DNA of 64,000 nt from Candidatus Iainarchaeum sp. (GCA_026413945.1 JAOAJX010000003.1:64001-128000); one strand, 5' to 3'; positions 40,238 through 49,938 are shown, counted from the stretch's first letter. Translations and numbers: made by a program. Notes: generated from the letters alone by a model not told the origin.

Positions 40238-41500
40238 TCATTCCTGCGCTTTTATTAGAGTTTGTTTTCTTTCTGGGCCATAAGAAATCATTCGTACCCG
40301 AATTCCAACATTTTTTTCAATAAGCTTTATGTAGCTTCTTGCCTCAGATGGGAGATCATAAAAGCTCTTGAGTTCATGGCTAAGTTCAAAACCTTTAAGC
40401 CTTACATACATTGGCTTACACTTCTCGAGCAAAAAGGTATCCGCTGGTACCTCTTTCACTTTTTTGCCTCCAATTTTGTAAGCTGTACTAACTTTTATTT
40501 CTTTAAGCCCTGATAAAACATCGAGTTTTGTTAGTGCAATTTCAGTAAAACCACATATCCTTGAAGCTGTCCTAAGCATTGGCAAATCTAACCAGCCTAC
40601 GCGCCGAGGTCTGCCAGTGGTAGTGCCGTATTCATTGCCTTTTTCTCTTATAGCACTGGCAAGTGAGCCATTTATCTCGGTTGGAAAAGGCCCTGCGCCA
40701 ACTCTCGTACAATAAGCTTTAGAAACGCCGATCACTCGACATTCATGGTAAGCAATTCCAGCACTCATAAAAGCGCCTGCACTTCCAGTGTGTGAGCTTG
40801 TCACATATGGATATGTGCCAAAATCATTGTCAAGGAAAAAACCCTGTGCGCCTTCAAGAAGAACCTCTTTGCCATTTTTTAGAGAAACGTGTAAATATTT
40901 TGAGACATCCATCTGGTATTTTTTCAACTTGTATGACATTTTGCTAAGTTCTTTGAAAAGCGCCTCTGCATTTTTTTGTTTAAGACCAAATGCTTTAAGC
41001 TCCAAGTTTTTTAATGGCACAACCTCTTTTAACCTTTCATAAAATTTATTCTTGTTAATGAATTCAGAGAATCTTATGCCCTGCCTTGAAGCTCTGTCAG
41101 CATAGCATGGTCCTATGCCTTTCTTTGTTGTGCCAATTTTTTTACATTTTTTTTCTTCTGAAGCGCCATCAAGCAGCAAATGGTAAGGCATTATTATTTG
41201 TGCGCGTGGATCAACAAAGAGCTTGACTTTTCCGACCTCCTTTTCAATCAGTTCTATTTCTTCTAAAAGAGTTTTTGGATTTATTGCTACTCCACTCGCA
41301 AGGCAACAGATTTTTTTCTGCACAGCCCCACTCGGCATGAGATGGAGCTTGTATGTTTTATTGCCTACAACTACTGTGTGGCCTGCATTGTCGCCACCAT
41401 TAAACCTAACAACAATGTCGGCTTTTTCAGATAGATAATCAATTATTTTTCCCTTGCCTTCATCCCCAAACTGGGCGCCAATTATAACGCTTAACGGCAT
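40238..41500 (-). CDS. purA: Adenylosuccinate synthetase
   Basis: GAQFGDEGKGK, GGDNAGHT, EGAQG, TRVGAGPFPTE, E.GTTTGRPRRVGWLD. Confidence 0.98.
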   Translation of the reverse strand: MPLSVIIGAQFGDEGKGKIIDYLSEKADIVVRFNGGDNAGHTVVVGNKTYKLHLMPSGAVQKKICCLASGVAINPKTLLEEIELIEKEVGKVKLFVDPRAQIIMPYHLLLDGASEEKKCKKIGTTKKGIGPCYADRASRQGIRFSEFINKNKFYERLKEVVPLKNLELKAFGLKQKNAEALFKELSKMSYKLKKYQMDVSKYLHVSLKNGKEVLLEGAQGFFLDNDFGTYPYVTSSHTGSAGAFMSAGIAYHECRVIGVSKAYCTRVGAGPFPTEINGSLASAIREKGNEYGTTTGRPRRVGWLDLPMLRTASRICGFTEIALTKLDVLSGLKEIKVSTAYKIGGKKVKEVPADTFLLEKCKPMYVRLKGFELSHELKSFYDLPSEARSYIKLIEKNVGIRVRMISYGPERKQTLIKAQE

Positions 41501-41566
41501 ACTAGCACAAATTATTTGCAACAGCAAAAATTTAAATTACATATGTGCTTCTATTTACTGAGCACA

Positions 41567-41863
41567 ATGGCTACAGAAAAAATAGAAATTGCCCTAAAAA
41601 AACAACTAATTGAAAGGATTGATGTTTTGGCAAAAATGTCAGGCAAAAGCAGGAATGCTTTTATAAATGACTTTTTAGAGAGTTATCTTGACAAGTTAGT
41701 TGAAGATCTTGCGCTTGAGAAGGATGCTATAAAGCAGTACATGGCTGGAAAGATGGAAGAGAAACAGCTTTCGCTCATCGTTGGCAAGGAGAAAACAGAA
41801 GCAGCAAAGATTAGCAAGCGCATAGGCGCGAAAGGAGAAGATTTGTTAAAAGCATTTAAATGA
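41567..41863 (+). CDS. Ribbon-helix-helix (CopG-like) protein
   Basis: KIEIAL...LIERID.LAK..GKSRN.FI is an RHH pattern. Confidence 0.7.
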   Translation: MATEKIEIALKKQLIERIDVLAKMSGKSRNAFINDFLESYLDKLVEDLALEKDAIKQYMAGKMEEKQLSLIVGKEKTEAAKISKRIGAKGEDLLKAFK

Positions 41864-42084
41864 TCTTTATAACCCAAATTAAAAGCGCTGGCCCATGTTA
41901 CATGAGCCAGCCCAAAACCAACTCTCTCAGCAATAAAATAATTCCTTTGTTTGCACCTTAAATATTTTTTGTTGATGCTTTAGAGTTTAATATTTTTGGT
42001 TTAAGTTGTTACATTTGCATCACACCGTCCAAATTGCGTATGTTTAAAAATGTTCCCTTGCAATTTTTTTTCATGGTGATTGCA

Positions 42085-43248
42085 ATGGTTGAGACTGAAG
42101 ATAATAGTAAAGCATTAACTGAAGAAAAAAAAGAAAAGAAGCCAAAAAATAGATCTGCTCAAATTGTTGAAAGCAATGAAGAAAGTAAAGGAAAGATTAG
42201 CTTAGATACGCCTGTTTTTGCAATGTTTTTAGTGCTTGCCTTAGTAGTGGGTGCACTTATATCTGCTGCTATATTCTATTTTTACTTTAAGCCAACCAAT
42301 AATCAGCCAAATAATAGCACTTGCACATTGCCAATGGATTCAAAAAATTGCATTGCTGCGATAAAGCCAGAAGAAGCTGGCGAAAAAGTAAGGGCTTTTC
42401 TTGAAGAAAGCTTTCTGAAAAGCTATGGTTATAAGCTTATAGTGAATAAAGTTACCGCTTATAACGAATGCCTTTATGACTTAAATGCCTCAATCGTGAC
42501 TGAAGATGGAAATATGCCAGCCGGACTATTATTAGTCACAAAAGATGGCAAAAAGGTCATAATAGCATCTGCAGTTTATGATACTAATGCACCAATAAAG
42601 CCGACACCAGTTCCTTCACCAACACCTTTCCAAGCAAAAATAAAGAGCGACAGGCCGGATGTGCTGATGTTCGTGATGACATTTTGCCCCTATGGGCATG
42701 TAGCCGAAAAAGGCCTGAAGCCGGTTGCTGAGCTTTTCGGCGATAAGATAAACATTGAACCACACTATGTTATCTACTCCGGCGAATACGGCTATACATA
42801 CCCTGATGACTGCATAGACAAAGAGAAAAAATACTGCTCGATGCACGGAGTATCAGAGCTAAACGAAGGTGTAAGGCAGCTGTGCATTTTCAAATACCAG
42901 AAGGACAAATTTTGGGATTATATTGCAAAGATTTATGAAGGAAAGTGCACATTGAAGAACATTGACTCTTGCTGGAAGTCTCAAGCAGAAGCTGCTGGAA
43001 TAGATACACAAAAGATAGAAAAATGCTTCGAAGAAGAAGCAATATCTTTGCTCGAAAAAGAAGTTGAGCTAAATAAAAAATACAATGTAATGGGTTCGCC
43101 AACAATTATAATTAACGAGACCGAATACCGAGGTGGCAGAGCACCGGAGAATTATAAGGCAGCGATATGCACTGCTTTCAACACACCGCCTACCGAGTGC
43201 TCTAAAACACTTAGCTCACAAGGTGGAACAGCAAGCGGGCAATGTTGA
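42085..43248 (+). CDS. Membrane-anchored thioredoxin-fold (DsbA-like) protein
   Basis: Single TM; FVMTFCPYG, SMHG..E, GSPT.IIN; SD GGTGA before ATG 42085. Confidence 0.8.
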   Translation: MVETEDNSKALTEEKKEKKPKNRSAQIVESNEESKGKISLDTPVFAMFLVLALVVGALISAAIFYFYFKPTNNQPNNSTCTLPMDSKNCIAAIKPEEAGEKVRAFLEESFLKSYGYKLIVNKVTAYNECLYDLNASIVTEDGNMPAGLLLVTKDGKKVIIASAVYDTNAPIKPTPVPSPTPFQAKIKSDRPDVLMFVMTFCPYGHVAEKGLKPVAELFGDKINIEPHYVIYSGEYGYTYPDDCIDKEKKYCSMHGVSELNEGVRQLCIFKYQKDKFWDYIAKIYEGKCTLKNIDSCWKSQAEAAGIDTQKIEKCFEEEAISLLEKEVELNKKYNVMGSPTIIINETEYRGGRAPENYKAAICTAFNTPPTECSKTLSSQGGTASGQC

Positions 43249-43264
43249 AACTCGAGGTGATTAA

Positions 43265-43483
43265 ATGAAAGTATTACAAGAACCTGAAAAATGCATAGGT
43301 TGTGGAACATGTGCTGCAATCTGTCCAGCTCTATTTGAGATGGATGGTGCAAAAGCAAAGCTAAAAGGAGCCAAGTCTCAAGGTAAAAGTTTGGTACTCG
43401 AAAAGAAATTTACAAAAGATGAGGAAGATTGTGCAAAGGCATCCGCTGACAGTTGCCCTACAAGTTGTATATACGTAAAGTAA
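43265..43483 (+). CDS. Ferredoxin
   Basis: CIGCGTCAAICP ... CPTSCI. Confidence 0.92.
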   Translation: MKVLQEPEKCIGCGTCAAICPALFEMDGAKAKLKGAKSQGKSLVLEKKFTKDEEDCAKASADSCPTSCIYVK

Positions 43484-43488
43484 TTTTT

Positions 43489-43788
43489 ATGGTATCAGAG
43501 CAAGCAATAATTAGGGAACTTAAAAAAGTGATAGACCCAGAAATAGGCATAAATGTCATTGATTTAGGTCTTATATATGATATTAGCGTAAGCAATGATG
43601 CTGTTTCAATAAAAATGACTGTTACTAATCCTTATTGCCCTCTGCAGGAACATTTAAAGCAGCTTGTAGAGAATGCACTTTCTTCAATTAGAGGTATAAA
43701 AGAAGCCTCAGTAGAGCTTGTTTTCGATCCCCCATGGACACCGGAGCGTTTGTCTCCAAAAGCTAAAAAAGAGCTTGGATTTGGATAA
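43489..43788 (+). CDS. Metal-sulfur cluster assembly factor (DUF59/SufT)
   Basis: V.DPEIG.N..DLGLIY, MT.T.P.CP, LVFDPPWT. Confidence 0.93.
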   Translation: MVSEQAIIRELKKVIDPEIGINVIDLGLIYDISVSNDAVSIKMTVTNPYCPLQEHLKQLVENALSSIRGIKEASVELVFDPPWTPERLSPKAKKELGFG

Positions 43789-43796
43789 TTCTTATT

Positions 43797-43880
43797 TGCA
43801 GGGGGGCGGGCTCGAACCGCCGAAGGCACTAAGCCACCAGATCTTGAGTCTGGCCCGTTTGACCGCTTCGGTACCCCTGC
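43797..43880 (-). tRNA. tRNA-Leu(CAA)
   Basis: GCAGGGG..CCCCTGC-A, anticodon arm CCAGA-CTCAAGA-TCTGG, long variable arm. Confidence 0.96.
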
Positions 43881-43891
43881 TTTTGAAATTT

Positions 43892-44272
43892 TTACTCAAT
43901 TTCCAAAACATCGCCTGGTGCAACCCGCACATTCCTAGAATTTATAAATATAGCTCCAGAGTCGCCTTCGTGTAGAACATCTACTTTTTTTTCATTAATC
44001 CAAAGTTCAGATATTCTTAAAGGTTTTTCACCAAGAAGAATTTTATCTTTCTTGGTTATGGTGCCTTTGGTTACTGTGCCTTTTATTACCGACAATTCAT
44101 GGAGCTGGAAACTGTCAGTAACCGAAAAAAGAGCCCTTGCACTTTTGCTTTCTTCTAGGGGTTTTAGTTCTTCTTCAAGCGGTTTTGTTGTCTTCTCAAT
44201 TCTTACTTTTTGATGCTCCGGGATGCACAAGCGATCTTTTTTTTCCTTGGTTTTACCCCACATAGACATCAT
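43892..44272 (-). CDS. EF-Tu domain II-like beta-barrel protein
   Basis: F.V.D.F...VI.G.V..G.I...GD..AI...GDVL. Confidence 0.7.
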   Translation of the reverse strand: MMSMWGKTKEKKDRLCIPEHQKVRIEKTTKPLEEELKPLEESKSARALFSVTDSFQLHELSVIKGTVTKGTITKKDKILLGEKPLRISELWINEKKVDVLHEGDSGAIFINSRNVRVAPGDVLEIE

Positions 44273-44317
44273 ATTAAAAGCTACACTTAAAAAGAATTAA
44301 AAAATATCAAGTATACT

Positions 44318-45157
44318 TTAATGCCTTCCACAACGCCTTTTTTTCATATTTGTTTTTCTTTTAAATCTAGCTCCAAAAGTTTTGTTTTGGATCCTGTTGT
44401 ATAAGTAATTTCCAAACCTTTCAGGATCAAAACAGATAAAATGAGGGTTTTTGGTCAATAATCGCCTAGTTTTAGCCATTGTCAATCCATAAGTTCTGCC
44501 AAGTAGAAAAAGTTTTTTTATTCGATCTTTCAGTGCCGGTGGGTTTTGTGGGAATTTGCCATGTGCAAACCATGTTATTAGAAGTGGTCTCATCATATGG
44601 GCTAAACCATACTGCGAAAGCACCTGCTTCATCTCAATCAGCTTTTCTTTATCAATATCAAAAAGCCACTTTGCACCTTTGGCAGTTGAAACAATTGCAA
44701 ACACTTCCTCTTTTTTAAAACCAAACTCGCTTAAAAAAGTAATTTTGCTTCCAAAAAATCTCTCTAGAACAATTTCCTTTGCCTTTTGATATCTTCTCTC
44801 AGCAAGAAACTCTACAAAAACACTTGCCTTTACTTCTCCAATATCCTTATTGCTTAACCCATAGCGGCTGATCAATTCATTAAAGACTTGTAAAGTTGCT
44901 TTTATTTCGGTTAGAGTTGGAAACCTGCCGCGAGTTGCCTTAATGCGTCTCCAATTAGCAGGATCTAGTAGCCTAATTAGTAATTCTCTACTACTCTGGC
45001 CAAAATTTGATAATAAAATGTTTGCCATCTCCATTAGATCTTTTTCGGGCATTCTTTCTATTTCTTGCCAGATAGCTTTTGACCTTATCCGCAAAGCTTC
45101 ATCTGTGGTAAAACCGAGCATTAGAAGAAATTTTCTTCCTTTTTCAACTTCTGACAT
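44318..45157 (-). CDS. Hypothetical helical-repeat protein, mTERF-like
   Basis: Recurring L..hG[FL]...[DE]h units and an LLTKNPHF segment. Confidence 0.5.
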   Translation of the reverse strand: MSEVEKGRKFLLMLGFTTDEALRIRSKAIWQEIERMPEKDLMEMANILLSNFGQSSRELLIRLLDPANWRRIKATRGRFPTLTEIKATLQVFNELISRYGLSNKDIGEVKASVFVEFLAERRYQKAKEIVLERFFGSKITFLSEFGFKKEEVFAIVSTAKGAKWLFDIDKEKLIEMKQVLSQYGLAHMMRPLLITWFAHGKFPQNPPALKDRIKKLFLLGRTYGLTMAKTRRLLTKNPHFICFDPERFGNYLYNRIQNKTFGARFKRKTNMKKRRCGRH

Positions 45158-45224
45158 TAAAGAGCCCTTAGACAATAATTTTTTACTTTTCTCTTATTTA
45201 AACATTTTGTTTATCTATTTGCAT

Positions 45225-46121
45225 ATGGAGGGAGAAACACTTCTTCGATACAAAGATATAATTCCTGATTTCGATGCACTTATTGCTTCTATTAATAGGC
45301 CTCGCGATATCACAATACGCTGGAACCCACATAAGATTGAAAGAAATCAGCTTTTTGCAATGCTAAGGGAAACCTTTAACGAAGTTCATGAGATTGGCTG
45401 GTATAATCATGCTTTTAAGCTTGGCCAAAATGAGCGACCCGGCAAAAACTTTCTACATGCTCTTGGATACTATTATGTTCAGGAAGAATCAGCCATGGTA
45501 GCGCCTATTGTTCTTGCACCTTCAAAAAATTCTTTTGTTCTTGATATGTGCGCTGCTCCAGGTGGTAAAACAACCCAACTTTCAGCCTTGATGGAAAATA
45601 GTGGCACAATAATAGCCAATGATAAGGCAATACCGCGGCTTAAAAGCCTAGTTTCAAACGTGTCGAGGTTAGGTTGTATAAATGTTGTGGTAACTTGGAA
45701 TGATGCTAGGAATTTAAGCATAAAGGATTGCTTTGATTATGTGCTTCTTGATGCCCCGTGTACAGCTGAAGGCAACCTTTTTAAAAAGATAAAATTAATG
45801 CCAAAATTTATGCGAGACAGCCTAACTAATTTGCAAAAAGCACTGCTGCATAAAGCGATTGAAATAGCAAAGCCCGGATCAACAATAGTTTATTGTACCT
45901 GTACCTTTGCTCCAGAAGAGAATGAAGGTGTTATTGCAAATATTTTGGCAAAAAACCTCGCAAAAATAGAGCCAGTAAGGATTAAAATACCACACGAAAA
46001 AGGCCTTGAATATTTTGGTAAAAATGAATATGGCGGCGAGCTAAAGAAAGCAGTTCGTATATATCCATATCATTTAAACTCAGGGGGGGCTTTCATTGCA
46101 AAGCTTAGAAAAAGAGATTGA
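45225..46121 (+). CDS. RsmB/NOP2/NSUN m5C RNA methyltransferase
   Basis: YVQE.S.M, LDMCAAPGGKT, LLDAPCT.EG, YCTCT..PEENE with both catalytic Cys; start ATG 45225. Confidence 0.95.
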   Translation: MEGETLLRYKDIIPDFDALIASINRPRDITIRWNPHKIERNQLFAMLRETFNEVHEIGWYNHAFKLGQNERPGKNFLHALGYYYVQEESAMVAPIVLAPSKNSFVLDMCAAPGGKTTQLSALMENSGTIIANDKAIPRLKSLVSNVSRLGCINVVVTWNDARNLSIKDCFDYVLLDAPCTAEGNLFKKIKLMPKFMRDSLTNLQKALLHKAIEIAKPGSTIVYCTCTFAPEENEGVIANILAKNLAKIEPVRIKIPHEKGLEYFGKNEYGGELKKAVRIYPYHLNSGGAFIAKLRKRD

Positions 46122-46530
46122 AGAACTTCTTTTAAGTTTTGGAATAAATCTCGCAATTATTGAAAAGTGGCATATTGAAAAAGCTGGAAACTCATTTTGG
46201 CTCACATCAAAAGGCCTCAAAATTTGCGAAGGCTTTAATATGCAGTGCAAAGGCCTTAGGGTTGCCGAAAAAACGAAGCTTGGCTGGAAGCCCACAAGTT
46301 ATTTCCTTCAATTTTTTGCAACTTACATTACAAAAAAAATAGTTGAAATTAACAAGAACGAACTTTTATCAATAATCAAGGGCACACCCGTAGAAAAAAA
46401 CTGTGAAAATGGGTATGTGGCAATTCGCTTTAAAGGCCATATTGTGGGCTGCGGGCTTTGCAAAAATGGAAAGGTTTATTCCCAATTGCCAAAGGAATTA
46501 GCAATAGCGCTTTCTGAAAACTGTAGGTAA
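46096..46530 (+). CDS. NOL1/NOP2/fmu-associated NIP7/PUA-like protein
   Basis: GL.......WKPT, GYV.......VGCG....G...SQLPK; overlaps the methyltransferase stop. Confidence 0.75.
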   Translation: MQSLEKEIEELLLSFGINLAIIEKWHIEKAGNSFWLTSKGLKICEGFNMQCKGLRVAEKTKLGWKPTSYFLQFFATYITKKIVEINKNELLSIIKGTPVEKNCENGYVAIRFKGHIVGCGLCKNGKVYSQLPKELAIALSENCR

Positions 46531-46543
46531 TAATGATGAATAA

Positions 46544-46628
46544 CGGCGGGACCGGGATTTGAACCCGGGAGAGCTCATCGCTCAGCAGCTTAGCAGGCTG
46601 CCGCCGTGGACCGCTGGGCCATCCCGCC
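46544..46628 (-). tRNA. tRNA-Ser(GCT)
   Basis: GGCGGGA..TCCCGCC-G, anticodon arm GCAGC-CTGCTAA-GCTGC, long variable arm. Confidence 0.96.
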
Positions 46629-46715
46629 AACCAGAGCATATAAAAATATGCTGGCAATCTTTAAAAATTGAACATTTTAAATACTTTCCCAAGAGAGATT
46701 TCTATGGGGCTAAGC

Positions 46716-48494
46716 ATGGCTGTTAAAGAAGTGCGTTACTTATTTAGGAAAATATACAGTGGAGACCGCCTTTTTGAGTTTGGTGAACGCACTTTAACAA
46801 TAAGCTCTAACGTAAAGCTTAATGACAAGGAAATATTAAACCTGCTTAAGAAACTTCTTTTAAAGAAAGAAAATCCTGTAAGAATAACAATGAGCATATG
46901 CCCAAAATGTGCCGATGAGAAGAAATGGGCTGAAATGCGCATACCCGCACTAATATTTGAAAAAGACAAAAAAGTAATGATAAGGAAAGAATGCCCAAAG
47001 CATGGAATATATCAAGATGCGTACTGGGAAGATTCTGATTATTACTTTAAGCAACAGAAATTCGCTGACCAAGGCCTTGAGCTTTCAGTTGTACAGGTAG
47101 ATAAGCCACTATCTGAAATTGTCTGCCCAAACGATTGTGGGTTATGCAAGCAGCATAAAAGCCACACGGCATTGGCGAACCTTGTTGTGACAAACAGGTG
47201 TGATTTGTCATGTTGGTACTGCTTCTTCTTCCAGAAAATGAATGAACCGGTTTACGAACCTTCACTGGATGCAATCAGAGCCATGCTAAAAAATCTGCGC
47301 AACGAGAAGCCAATCGCATGTAATGCTATACAGCTTACAGGCGGAGAGCCAACGCTTAGGGAAGATATAGTGGAAATTGTGAAGATGTGCAAAGAAGAGG
47401 GCTTTGAACATGTCCAATTCAATACTAATGGCATAAGATTGGCAACTGATGCTGCATTTGTTGAAAAAGTTGTTAGAGCCGGTGCAAACATATTCTATAT
47501 GAGCTTCGATGGTGTAACACCAAAAACAAACCCAAAAAATTATTGGGAAGCACCGAAAGCTATTGAAAATGTGAGGAAAACCCGGGCTGCTGGCATAGTG
47601 CTCGTGCCGACAATTATAAATGGCTTTAATACCCACGAGCTTGGCGATATAATAAGATTTGCTGCCTCACAAATTGATGTAGTTAGGGGCGTAAATATGC
47701 AACCAGTGTCACTTGTCGGTATGATGCCTAAAAATGAGCGCGAGAAACAACGCATAACCATACCAAGAGCAATAAAGCTAATTGAGGAACAAACAAACGG
47801 AGAAATAGGTCTTGATGATTTCTATTGCGTACCTTGTGTAGGGCCAATAACAAACTTAATAGAAACACTAACGGGAAAGCCACAATATAGATTATCATCT
47901 CACTTTGCGTGTGGTGCAGGCACTTATGTTTTTATAGAAGGAAAGCGCTTTCTGCCAATAACGCGGTTTGTTGATGTTGAAGGGTTGTTTGAATATCTGC
48001 AGTCGTTGGCTGGTGAGCTGAGAGGGAAAAAGCTTGGAAGATTAGGCAAACTTTTGACAGGTAGTAAGATCCTTTATAGAATAAACTCATTTATAGATCA
48101 AGAAAAGAAGCCAAAGAACTTGAAGCTCAGTGATATCCTCGCAAAAGCTCTTCTTAGTGGAAACTATAATGGCCTCAAGGAATTTCATTACAATTCTCTA
48201 TTTATAGGTATGATGCACTTTATGGATCCATATGATTATGACATAGACCGTGTTGAAAGGTGCTGCATACACTATGCAATGCCTGACAATAGAATTGTTC
48301 CTTTTTGTGCTTTTAATGTGATCCCAGACCTATACCGGGATGCAATACAAAAGAAGCATTCTGTTCAGGCTAAAGACTGGGAAAAACTAAGAGGTAAAAA
48401 GCTTTGTAATGACAAATACAGAAGAAATATCTCAAAAGAAGAACAGCAAAAGATAGATGCCTATTACAAGGAAAACATAGATAAATTCAAATAA
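46716..48494 (+). CDS. tes: Radical SAM enzyme, tetraether lipid synthase (Tes/MJ0619) family
   Basis: SICPKC...K.CP.HG metal site, CP.DCGLC..H.SHT.L, TNRCDLSCWYCFF, H..CG, FMD.Y..D..R..RCCIHY..PD.RIVPFC.FN. Confidence 0.85.
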   Translation: MAVKEVRYLFRKIYSGDRLFEFGERTLTISSNVKLNDKEILNLLKKLLLKKENPVRITMSICPKCADEKKWAEMRIPALIFEKDKKVMIRKECPKHGIYQDAYWEDSDYYFKQQKFADQGLELSVVQVDKPLSEIVCPNDCGLCKQHKSHTALANLVVTNRCDLSCWYCFFFQKMNEPVYEPSLDAIRAMLKNLRNEKPIACNAIQLTGGEPTLREDIVEIVKMCKEEGFEHVQFNTNGIRLATDAAFVEKVVRAGANIFYMSFDGVTPKTNPKNYWEAPKAIENVRKTRAAGIVLVPTIINGFNTHELGDIIRFAASQIDVVRGVNMQPVSLVGMMPKNEREKQRITIPRAIKLIEEQTNGEIGLDDFYCVPCVGPITNLIETLTGKPQYRLSSHFACGAGTYVFIEGKRFLPITRFVDVEGLFEYLQSLAGELRGKKLGRLGKLLTGSKILYRINSFIDQEKKPKNLKLSDILAKALLSGNYNGLKEFHYNSLFIGMMHFMDPYDYDIDRVERCCIHYAMPDNRIVPFCAFNVIPDLYRDAIQKKHSVQAKDWEKLRGKKLCNDKYRRNISKEEQQKIDAYYKENIDKFK

Positions 48495-48497
48495 GTC

Positions 48498-49655
48498 GTG
48501 GTTGTTTTGGAATATCTTTTTCTCTTTGGCAGGAACCCAAAGCTTTCTTATATAGAGTTGCTCAGCTATTTTTTATCCAGAAATGTAAATTTTGCTGTTG
48601 TTTGCTTTTGTGAAAAAGCAGCTATAATCAAACTACAAACTGATATTGATTTGGATGAGATTATAAATAACTTAGGCGGTACTATAAAAATTGCAGAAAT
48701 TCTTTTTTGTTGCAACGAAGCGTCTCTTGAAAAAAATTTTAATGTAGCTTGCCTTTATACGGGAACTTCAAACAAAATTGTTTACAGTTTAGAAACCATT
48801 GGCGCTTCCTCATCTATAATCTCTTACTTCCAAGAAAACTTCAAAAAAAATGAAATAAAAGCAGTGCATAAAGAGATAGCGCCTCATACTATTGCAAAAA
48901 GCAATAAAGAGCTACTTAGCTTTGTAGTGCTTAAGGTGGGGCCTTTATTTTATGTTGCAAGAGCTGTAAAATTCTTTGATCCACATACTTTTAGAGAAAG
49001 AGATATATCCAGACCAAATATTCAGCCAGAGATAATGAGCTCAATAAGGCTTTCAAGAATCTTAATTAATCTTGCTGGAGTTAAACCTAAAGCAAGGATG
49101 CTTGATCCTTTTTGTGGAATAGGCACTATCCTTCAAGAAGCATTGCTCTTAGGTTATGATGTGACCGGCGTTGATTTGAACCGAAAACGCACACAGAAAG
49201 CTTCAGAAAACCTTAACTGGGTGGAAAAAACTTATTGTGTTGATAGTAAATGGTCTGTTAGGCAAGGTGATGCCACAAAACTATCACAATATTTTCCAGA
49301 TGATTATTTTGATTTCATCACAACTGAACCAGAACTTGGGCCTTTGCTTAAAAAAGCGCCAACTGATAGAGAAGCAGAAAAAACAATAAATGATCTTCAG
49401 AAGCTATACAAAAAATTTTTCACTGAAGCTTCTAGGGTTTTGAAAGCAAAAGGGCGAATATCTATAGTCATCCCTCGCATAAGGGCCAAAAGCACTAAAA
49501 CATATCGCATTGATATGGACTATATTTTGAGAGAAACTGGGTTTAAGAGCTATAATCCAACATTAAAAAGCAATTTTGAGGTAAAATTGCCTGTGTTTTA
49601 CAAAGAGCAATGGCACAAAATAGAGCGCCTTATTTATATCTTAGAGAAAGCATAA
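48498..49655 (+). CDS. Trm11-family tRNA m2G10 methyltransferase
   Basis: RD..RP, RL.RILINL, LDPFCGIGTILQEA, TEP.LGP. Confidence 0.85.
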   Translation: MVVLEYLFLFGRNPKLSYIELLSYFLSRNVNFAVVCFCEKAAIIKLQTDIDLDEIINNLGGTIKIAEILFCCNEASLEKNFNVACLYTGTSNKIVYSLETIGASSSIISYFQENFKKNEIKAVHKEIAPHTIAKSNKELLSFVVLKVGPLFYVARAVKFFDPHTFRERDISRPNIQPEIMSSIRLSRILINLAGVKPKARMLDPFCGIGTILQEALLLGYDVTGVDLNRKRTQKASENLNWVEKTYCVDSKWSVRQGDATKLSQYFPDDYFDFITTEPELGPLLKKAPTDREAEKTINDLQKLYKKFFTEASRVLKAKGRISIVIPRIRAKSTKTYRIDMDYILRETGFKSYNPTLKSNFEVKLPVFYKEQWHKIERLIYILEKA

Positions 49656-49698
49656 TGGCAACATTTTAAAATAATTCTGAAATTATTAATTAATACAA

Positions 49699-49849
49699 GC
49701 CCAAGTAGTCTAATGGTCAGGATGCGGCCCTGTCGCACCACTTTCTTTCAATGAGTAAGGGAGAAAGCGCAATCAATATTTTTAGTATTTGTTTTAGCAG
49801 TGGTGGGTGCAGTGAGGCTGCGATCCGGGTTCAATTCCCGGCTTGGGCG
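49699..49849 (+). tRNA. tRNA-Asp(GTC) with a 79-nt intron (49736-49814) at position 37/38
   Basis: Exons form GCCCAAG..CTTGGGC-G and anticodon arm CGGCC-CTGTCG^A-GGCTG; BHB central helix CTGT:GCAG with two 3-nt bulges. Confidence 0.93.
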
Positions 49850-49938
49850 TAATCTTCTTTTTTCTCGAGTAGAATTCATATACCCACAACATTTTGCTAC
49901 CCATTTAATCTACCTTAAGGTAATTCAGAGAATCTTAA

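Noticed and set aside
44943-45224. 94-aa N-terminal extension on the RsmB-family ORF
   Set aside because: It overlaps the opposite-strand gene; homology begins at ATG 45225.
46532-46545. AATGATGA box C-like motif after the PUA-like gene
   Set aside because: No matching D box at a suitable distance, and it runs into the antisense of tRNA-Ser.
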